Made by a program: the position numbers and the translations under genes. 64,000 bases of DNA. It comes from Bacillota bacterium (lineage in GTDB: Bacteria > Bacillota > Clostridia > Peptostreptococcales > Anaerovoracaceae). The notes under the pieces are model-generated. The model had not been told where the DNA came from and made no database searches. It was given only the letters and a program-made list of their open reading frames with translations. The stretch spans positions 17,811-81,810 of the forward strand of contig JAQXGH010000031.1 of the NCBI GenBank assembly GCA_029006195.1, given 5' to 3'. Below, one piece after another: positions 57,852-64,000 of the stretch (position 1 is its first letter; each line of letters begins with the position of its first letter).

Positions 57852-59483
57852 TTATTCTCCCTTCATTGCCTTAACTAAAGCGTTGATCATATCATTCAGC
57901 TGATTGATATCGATTGGCTTATCGCTAGCAGCTGGAGTATCTGATGCGCCGCCGCAGCAAGGGCTGTATGAGATACCAGCGTTCTGATACTGTTCTGGAG
58001 TCTTATAGCTTCCGCTTCCAACTGTAGGAGTTGAAGCGCAGAGAACTGGACTTGGAGCAGCCTGTGCGAATGCTGGAGCATACTGAGCAACTTCTGGATG
58101 GTTGAATGTAGCATCATCCTGAACTAATGTAGTTGCAGGCTTGATTCCATAAGCAACCTTCTTACGGTTGATCAGGTGCTGAGGACCAACGTTTTCTGAG
58201 ATTGAGCTTCCGCCCATAGTTCCGCAACCTAATGTCAGTGCTGGAAGCAGGCCAGTTGAAGCACCAGTACCACCCATAGTACCGCCAGTGTTAACCAGAA
58301 TTCTTGAAGCAGGCTTCTTAGCGAATTCCATAACAACGTTTCTATCTTCAGTGTGTAAGCTCATTGTGTGACCGATACCATTCTGCAGCAGCTGAATGCT
58401 CAGTTCACAAGCTTCATGCCAGTCGTTTACTACGTAGAAACCGAGAACACTTGTCAGCTTTTCGTATGAAAGAGGATATCCTTCACCAACGCCGGCCTGT
58501 GGTCCGATAAGAACTGTAGTGTTAGCAGGAACACTGATTCCAGCGCCTTCTGCGATAACTGTTGCAGCTCTACCTACGAACTTAGCGTTCATTGCGTGGC
58601 CCTTCTTGAAGAGGAGCTTGCAAACCTTATCAGTTTCTTCTGGTGTCATGAAGTATGCACCGTGTCTCTTGAATTCTGCAATTACAGCGTCCTTGTTGCA
58701 TTCTTCGCAGATGATTGACTGTTCTGAAGCACAGATTGTACCATAGTCAAATGTCTTACTTGCGATGATGTTAGCAACAGCCTGCTGTACGTTAGCAGTT
58801 CTTTCGATGTATGCAGGTGAGTTACCAGCACCAACGCCCAGAGCAGGCTTACCTGCACTGTAAGCAGCCTTTACCATACCAGGGCCGCCTGTAGCGATGA
58901 TCATCTTAACTTCCTTGCTGTGCATCAGTTCGTCTGTTGCAGGCATTGATGGCATTGTGATACATCCGATGATGTTTGCAGGAGCACCTGCTTCGATAGC
59001 TGCATCACGCATGAGAGTTGCTGCTCTCAGTGTGCACTTAGCTGCTGATGGATGTGGTGAGAAAACAATAGCATTTCTTGCCTTAACAGCGATGATTGAC
59101 TTGTAAATTGCAGTTGATGTTGGGTTTGTTGAAGGAACGATACCCATGATCAGACCAACTGGATCAGCAACTTCGATAGTTCTGTTAACAGGATCTTCTC
59201 CAATTATACCACAAGTCTTAATGTCTTTGATTGCATCATACAGAAGAGTTGAAGCCATGTGATTCTTATAAGTCTTTGAATCAACTCTACCAAAACCAGT
59301 TTCTTCTACAGCCATCTTAGCTAATGAAACTGCGTTTTCTTCTGCTACTCTTACCATATTACGAACGATCTTGTCAATCTGTTCTTCTGTATAAGTTGCA
59401 ATTTGTTCAGTTGCGATCTGGCCAAGTCTAGCCAGGTCTCTAACTTCCTGAACCGATCTTAAATCGTAATCGATATTCTGCAT
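57852..59483 (-). CDS. CoA-acylating aldehyde dehydrogenase, BMC-associated
   Basis: PSTNPTST, ATGGPGMV, GVGAGN, ICASEQ, EKL; linker then C-terminal amphipathic helix (QLNDMINALVKAM). Confidence 0.93.
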   Translation of the reverse strand: MQNIDYDLRSVQEVRDLARLGQIATEQIATYTEEQIDKIVRNMVRVAEENAVSLAKMAVEETGFGRVDSKTYKNHMASTLLYDAIKDIKTCGIIGEDPVNRTIEVADPVGLIMGIVPSTNPTSTAIYKSIIAVKARNAIVFSPHPSAAKCTLRAATLMRDAAIEAGAPANIIGCITMPSMPATDELMHSKEVKMIIATGGPGMVKAAYSAGKPALGVGAGNSPAYIERTANVQQAVANIIASKTFDYGTICASEQSIICEECNKDAVIAEFKRHGAYFMTPEETDKVCKLLFKKGHAMNAKFVGRAATVIAEGAGISVPANTTVLIGPQAGVGEGYPLSYEKLTSVLGFYVVNDWHEACELSIQLLQNGIGHTMSLHTEDRNVVMEFAKKPASRILVNTGGTMGGTGASTGLLPALTLGCGTMGGSSISENVGPQHLINRKKVAYGIKPATTLVQDDATFNHPEVAQYAPAFAQAAPSPVLCASTPTVGSGSYKTPEQYQNAGISYSPCCGGASDTPAASDKPIDINQLNDMINALVKAMKGE

Positions 59484-59530
59484 CTTATATTTGCCTCCTT
59501 TTAAGAAATATTTATTTCGGTCTTAAAGGC

Positions 59531-60180
59531 CTATTTCTCGTAATGCTTTCTGATTTCTTCGATGAGAGCTGTCTTGTTAGCCTTTGAGATTTCTCTGCCG
59601 GCGATTCCAAGATCCTTGTACTCTCTAGCGATTGATCTAAGCTTTACTACTTTGATTTTTTCAATTGCTTCAATTGCAGCGTCTACGCCATTTTCTTCCG
59701 CAATTTTGTCGATAGCTTCCTTAGTAAGCTCATCAGCATTTACAACTGGTGCTTCTTCCTTAGGGGCTTCTACCTTTACAGGTTCCGGAGCCTTAACAGT
59801 TACGGCTGCATTTTCCGCAATTTTAGTTTCCGGTACCTCTACGCCTTTTGGCCATCCTCGTCATCTTCAGCTTCTTCTTCCTGAGCCTTGAGGTCAGCAA
59901 GTGGGATTGGGTTAACAATCTGTTCACCAACTTCAACGTGTGGTCTAGGAATTACGTGCTGAGTGACGAGAGCTCTTTCGCCAAGTCTAGCAGCTGCAGC
60001 TGCGCCTGCATCAACTGATGCCTTAACAGCAGCAACGTCACCAGTTACAGTAATTGTAACCAGGCCTCCCTTAACAAAAGTTCTTTCAAGAAGTCTTACT
60101 TCTGCAGCCTTAAGCATTGCATCAGCAGCTTCTATGGAAGGTACGAGACCGTAAGTTTCTATCATTCCTAATGCTTCCAT
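59531..60180 (-). CDS. BMC-H shell protein with long C-terminal extension, split by a one-base frameshift near 59848
   Basis: Frame 1 BMC domain stops at TAG 59841-59839; -1 frame continues GVEVPET...[13 protein letters not shown]...[14 protein letters not shown] to TAG at 59533-59531. Confidence 0.75.
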
Positions 60181-60196
60181 TAGTGTCCCTCCTTAA

Positions 60197-60958
60197 TTAG
60201 TGTGTAGCGTAAAACGCCTTTGCCTTATTTGGTGAAGCAAAGATAAGGTCAGCATCCTTTTCGAAGAAGATAACATCGCCTTCGTTAGCTGTGTAAACCT
60301 TGCCTTCGTTCTTGTTAGTGATCTGAACAGTACCTTCAACAACATAGTACAGTTCATGACACTGAGTTACCCAGTCGAATGAGCAGTGATCAATTGTGAT
60401 GAAGCCAGCGCCCATTGATGAGCCGTCTTCAGCTGATACCAGTTCATTGTAGAATACCTTGTCAACGTCTGGGCCTTCTTCCAGTAATGGTAACCACTTA
60501 GCTGTATTGCTTCTTACGAACTTAAGCAGTCCGTCTGAACTCTTTTCTGAAACGTATGGAACGTCTTCGCCGCAAGCTCCCATGATTTTGTCGAGCATAC
60601 CCTTTTCCATAAGTGCCTTCAGTGCTTCGTAGATAACATTGCTGTCAATTCCGCCGCCAGCTGTAGGTCTTGCTGCACCGCATACTGGACAGAAGTTATC
60701 TGTCAGTGTTCTGCCACAACATTCCCAAGTATCGCCAGCTTCTGGAGCTGGTGCAGGAGCTGCTGGAGCAGGAGCTGCTGGTGCAGGAGCAGGTGCTTCG
60801 CAAGCTGCAGGTGCACAGCCTACCTTGATTTCGATGTCTGCTTCAGCTGCTGCATCGCGAGCCAGTGAAGTGATCAGAGCATCAGCGTCAACGTAGAGTA
60901 CCTTTTCGCCTCTTGCCTTTACTGCTTCAACCTCTTTTGCACAAATCAGTGTTTTCAT
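60197..60958 (-). CDS. EutQ-like cupin with PA-rich linker and inserted zinc finger
   Basis: MKTLICAKEVE...LIT.LARD N-terminus; C-terminal cupin SMGAGF..I....FDW....E..YV.EG. Confidence 0.8.
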   Translation of the reverse strand: MKTLICAKEVEAVKARGEKVLYVDADALITSLARDAAAEADIEIKVGCAPAACEAPAPAPAAPAPAAPAPAPEAGDTWECCGRTLTDNFCPVCGAARPTAGGGIDSNVIYEALKALMEKGMLDKIMGACGEDVPYVSEKSSDGLLKFVRSNTAKWLPLLEEGPDVDKVFYNELVSAEDGSSMGAGFITIDHCSFDWVTQCHELYYVVEGTVQITNKNEGKVYTANEGDVIFFEKDADLIFASPNKAKAFYATH

Positions 60959-61025
60959 ACTTAAAATCCTTTCATTTGTACTAGAGTGTTAATTTAACTT
61001 CTTAAATTCCTTTGCTCTGTAATAA

Positions 61026-61574
61026 TTACAGGAGTGAAGGAATTAATAAATCTGATGGTGAAGGGATTACTTCTGCATTTACAAGAAGTCCCTTTTTCTT
61101 TGCCATTTCCATACCTGCTTCTGTACCTGACTTTACGGCAGCTACATCGCCAGTGTATGTGAAGTATGACTTACCGCCAAGACCATTACCGAGACGAAGT
61201 TCGATAGCCTGCAATTCTGCAGCCTTAAGGATCTGGTCGGCACAAATAATCATTGTAGCTAAGGAGAAAGATTCCATGATTCCTATTGCTTCGATTCTAT
61301 CTGGCATTGTAGCTCCAGTGATTGCTGGAAATACGCTAGGTTCAACGTTAGGAATAACAATAGAGTCAATAAAGAATTCCTCAGCCATACGTTCGCCGAT
61401 TCTGACTGAATCTTCAACAGCTGCTACATCACCAGTTACGATAGCAATGTACTTACCTGGGCAAGTAGTTGCTGCTGTTACGATTTCTACTTCTGAAATC
61501 TTAACCATCTGGTCTGCACAGTAGATGCCTCTAGCGATGCTGTTAAATTCAACCATTCCAATTGCTTTCTGCAT
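61026..61574 (-). CDS. pduT: Tandem-domain shell protein PduT-like
   Basis: AIGMVEF.SIA.G...AD, TCPGKY, LRLGNGLGGK. Confidence 0.9.
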   Translation of the reverse strand: MQKAIGMVEFNSIARGIYCADQMVKISEVEIVTAATTCPGKYIAIVTGDVAAVEDSVRIGERMAEEFFIDSIVIPNVEPSVFPAITGATMPDRIEAIGIMESFSLATMIICADQILKAAELQAIELRLGNGLGGKSYFTYTGDVAAVKSGTEAGMEMAKKKGLLVNAEVIPSPSDLLIPSLL

Positions 61575-61577
61575 TCT

Positions 61578-62915
61578 TTAGTTCCTCCTTATCTCAATAT
61601 AGTCAGCTGTTACATCTGATACTGTTCCGTTGATACTTGAGTGAATTGCTGCACCCAGAGCGCCTTCAGGAATTTCACCGATCTTCTGTCCAGCCTGTAC
61701 TGCCTGTCCTACTGTTACGCATGGACTTGCAGGTGCACCAACGTGCTGTCTAGTTGCAATTCTGATGCAATCAGGATTGAAAGCGATAGTTTCATCCATA
61801 GGTGCTGGCTGATCAAATGGCTTCAGGCCGATTCTTGCAACCAGTCTCTTGCTAGGCACCATACGGATAGGTCTAACTTTTCTTGCTTCGAATTCCTTCT
61901 GATCAGTTGTGTACTTGATGCCCTGTTCTGCGAGCAGTCCCTTGAAGTACAGGTTGGCCATTCTAGGATGGAGTCCTGCAGGACATGCGAACAGTTCACA
62001 CATGTTACACTGACAGCAAAGTGCTGCGATTTTCTGGCTTTCCACATCGCCAATGTTGTAGTTCATAACACGCATCATCTTATGTGGCTGTGTGTTATGT
62101 CCAAGTAAGTATCTAGGGCAAAGGTCAGTACACATTCTGCACTGTTCGCAAGTTGCCTTATTTACTCTCTTAGCCTGGTCCATTGTTACTGTCTTTTTCT
62201 TGATAACATAGTGATCCTTGCTTAAGATAAGGAATCCCTTGTCCTTCTTAGTAACAAAACCGTTAAGGTCTGCCAGAACAGGTCCCATCATTGGGCCGCC
62301 GCCGATTACTCTGTAATCTGAGAAATCTTCAATGCCGCTTAACTTAAGAACATCCATAACAGGTGTTCCTACTGGAACCTTAACTGTAACTCTATTAGGA
62401 ACATCACCAGCAACAGTGATGTACTTTTCAGTTACTGGAATACCCTGTGTAGCTTTATATACGTTGAGAGCAGTTTCACTGTTCATTACAACGCACCCAA
62501 CCATAATAGGGATTCCTGCTTCTGGAACAACTCTTCCAGTAAGCTGATATACAAGTACCTGTTCATCACCTGCAGGATATACGTCTGGAAGTAAACCTAC
62601 TTCTACGAAATCACCAACGCCCAGAGCATTGATTCTTTCATTCAGAATATCAATTACATCGTGATGCTTTTCCTTGATACCAATAATTGCTTTTTTAGCA
62701 CCAACAGTTCTACCTGCTATTTCAAAACCCTTGATGATTTCATCAGGATAAACAGCCATGAGCTGCTGGTCAACTCTCAGGAGCGGTTCACATTCTGCTC
62801 CGTTCATGAGAATATATTCTGCCTGTGATGTGAGTTTTGCATGGGTTGGGAATCCTGCTCCGCCCGCACCGATTATTCCGGCTTCTTTAATCTGGTCAAT
62901 AAGACTCATTCTCAC
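61578..62915 (-). CDS. pduS: PduS-like (RnfC-like) Fe-S flavoprotein / cobalamin reductase
   Basis: GIIGAGGAGFPTH, NGAECEPLL, YPAGDEQ, GGPMMG, CEQCRMCTDLCPR, QH.GAP. Confidence 0.9.
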   Translation of the reverse strand: MRMSLIDQIKEAGIIGAGGAGFPTHAKLTSQAEYILMNGAECEPLLRVDQQLMAVYPDEIIKGFEIAGRTVGAKKAIIGIKEKHHDVIDILNERINALGVGDFVEVGLLPDVYPAGDEQVLVYQLTGRVVPEAGIPIMVGCVVMNSETALNVYKATQGIPVTEKYITVAGDVPNRVTVKVPVGTPVMDVLKLSGIEDFSDYRVIGGGPMMGPVLADLNGFVTKKDKGFLILSKDHYVIKKKTVTMDQAKRVNKATCEQCRMCTDLCPRYLLGHNTQPHKMMRVMNYNIGDVESQKIAALCCQCNMCELFACPAGLHPRMANLYFKGLLAEQGIKYTTDQKEFEARKVRPIRMVPSKRLVARIGLKPFDQPAPMDETIAFNPDCIRIATRQHVGAPASPCVTVGQAVQAGQKIGEIPEGALGAAIHSSINGTVSDVTADYIEIRRN

Positions 62916-62923
62916 ACCTCACT

Positions 62924-63190
62924 TTATTCAAAATCGCAATCTTCATCGATAATACCAACTACGACTGCGTCAACCGGCATGTTATCATCACCGAGCATTC
63001 TTCTAGCGGAAGAACCAGTAGTTACTACTACTCTATCGCCAATACCTGCACTAATTACATCGACTACAATAATCTTCTTACCAGTTTCGATTCCTCCACC
63101 GATAATTTCAGCCTGCATAAGCTTAAATCCATTAAGCTTCTCTGCTTTTCTAGTAGCCCATATGTGTCCTGTCAGTTTAGCTGTAATCAT
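62924..63190 (-). CDS. eutN: EutN/CcmL pentameric vertex protein
   Basis: G..WATRK...L.G, D...AG.GD.V....GSSAR, PVDA.VVGIID. Confidence 0.93.
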   Translation of the reverse strand: MITAKLTGHIWATRKAEKLNGFKLMQAEIIGGGIETGKKIIVVDVISAGIGDRVVVTTGSSARRMLGDDNMPVDAVVVGIIDEDCDFE

Positions 63191-63492
63191 AAGTACTTAC
63201 TTCCTCCTTCCACTTCTTCTTTGATTTGAGTCAGTGCTGACTCAACTGATGCTGTATCTCCGAATATTGCCAACAGAATCATATTCTGAGGACATGATCC
63301 TTTGATATCCTCAACAGTGACACCAACGGCTTTTTCTGCAATATCCGCAGCTACAACCATTTCTATCATTCTCCCCTGAACGAGACCGATAGCATCCAGG
63401 TTATCAGGGATCTGATCTTTAGCTGAACCCTTTCTCCTGAGTAATATGTCTATCGTTCCCGGAGAAGGTGATTTAATGATTCTAATATCCAC
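63187..63492 (-). CDS. Divergent BMC domain protein
   Basis: RIIKSPS.GT, AIGLVQG......AADIAEKA.GV, GSCPQ, GDTASVE.AL. Confidence 0.82.
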   Translation of the reverse strand: MDIRIIKSPSPGTIDILLRRKGSAKDQIPDNLDAIGLVQGRMIEMVVAADIAEKAVGVTVEDIKGSCPQNMILLAIFGDTASVESALTQIKEEVEGGSKYL

Positions 63493-63506
63493 CTTGTGCC
63501 TCCTGT

Positions 63507-64000
63507 CTACATCTCCTCAGCTGTACAGCTGAGCGCTATGCCCAGCGGTGTTACGAACATAGGATTCCTTGGCTTATGAGTAGGGATCCCAGTTCTCTTT
63601 TCGATAACATCTTCGATTCCTGTAAAGCAGCATGTACCACCAACGAGTACAACCTCGTCAACCTTGTGACCTTTCACATGATTGCTAATGATTGATGATA
63701 CCTTATCAAGTACAGGCTTTATAACCGGCATCAGTTCTTTGTGGTTCTTTTCATCTCTCTTGTAGAGTTCAGCCTCTTCAAAAGTTTTGCCGTACGCTCC
63801 GGCAATAACCAGTGAGAAATGTGTACCACCTGTCGGTTCATCTGCAACGTACGCTACTTCGCCGTCGCTCAGAATGGAGATACCTGTTGTACCGCCACCG
63901 ATATCAACTACAGCTCCGTCTTTCATCTGTAAAAGCTGGTTTGCTGCGTTTGCTTCGTCGAGCATGTTTGTACATTCAAAACCTGCACCCTGGATTACGT
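63507..64000 (-). CDS. eutJ: EutJ family chaperone-like protein (5' end outside window)
   Basis: DGAVVDIGGGTTG, ADEPTGGTH, VGGT, VTPLGIA; frame open to window edge. Confidence 0.92.
   Translation of the reverse strand, partial: VIQGAGFECTNMLDEANAANQLLQMKDGAVVDIGGGTTGISILSDGEVAYVADEPTGGTHFSLVIAGAYGKTFEEAELYKRDEKNHKELMPVIKPVLDKVSSIISNHVKGHKVDEVVLVGGTCCFTGIEDVIEKRTGIPTHKPRNPMFVTPLGIALSCTAEEM

Overview
Chromosomal window from a low-GC anaerobic Firmicute (gene content suggests a Clostridia/Anaerovoracaceae-like organism; this is inference). Most of it is housekeeping: mutL-miaA, alaS-ireB-ruvX, a glycine-riboswitch-controlled gcv operon, iscSU, nadE, murI, pepF, nadK and mscL. Three anaerobic catabolic modules are present: a non-pyrrolysine MttB/corrinoid demethylation cluster with a symporter, a stand-alone diol-dehydratase-like glycyl radical enzyme with activase and LuxR-type regulator, and the distal part of a GRM/eut-type microcompartment locus that runs off the right edge. 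The most unusual part is a ~7 kb minus-strand cassette (44.3-51.2 kb). In transcription order it holds a 7-bp tandem-repeat leader ORF ahead of a strong terminator, an SPFH/zinc-ribbon gene, a 4-TM gene, a Zn-ribbon-TPR-TIR-TM-DUF6273-like receptor, a SIR2-like gene, and a decayed diversity-generating retroelement (truncated avd fused to a template-repeat remnant, then a fragmented RT). The 38-nt template remnant matches the receptor's 3' end with 7 mismatches, all at template adenines. The cassette therefore looks like a DGR-hypervariable, Toll-like TIR membrane receptor next to a SIR2 effector, possibly phase-variable. The TR/VR match is seen directly; the signalling and phase-variation models are inference.
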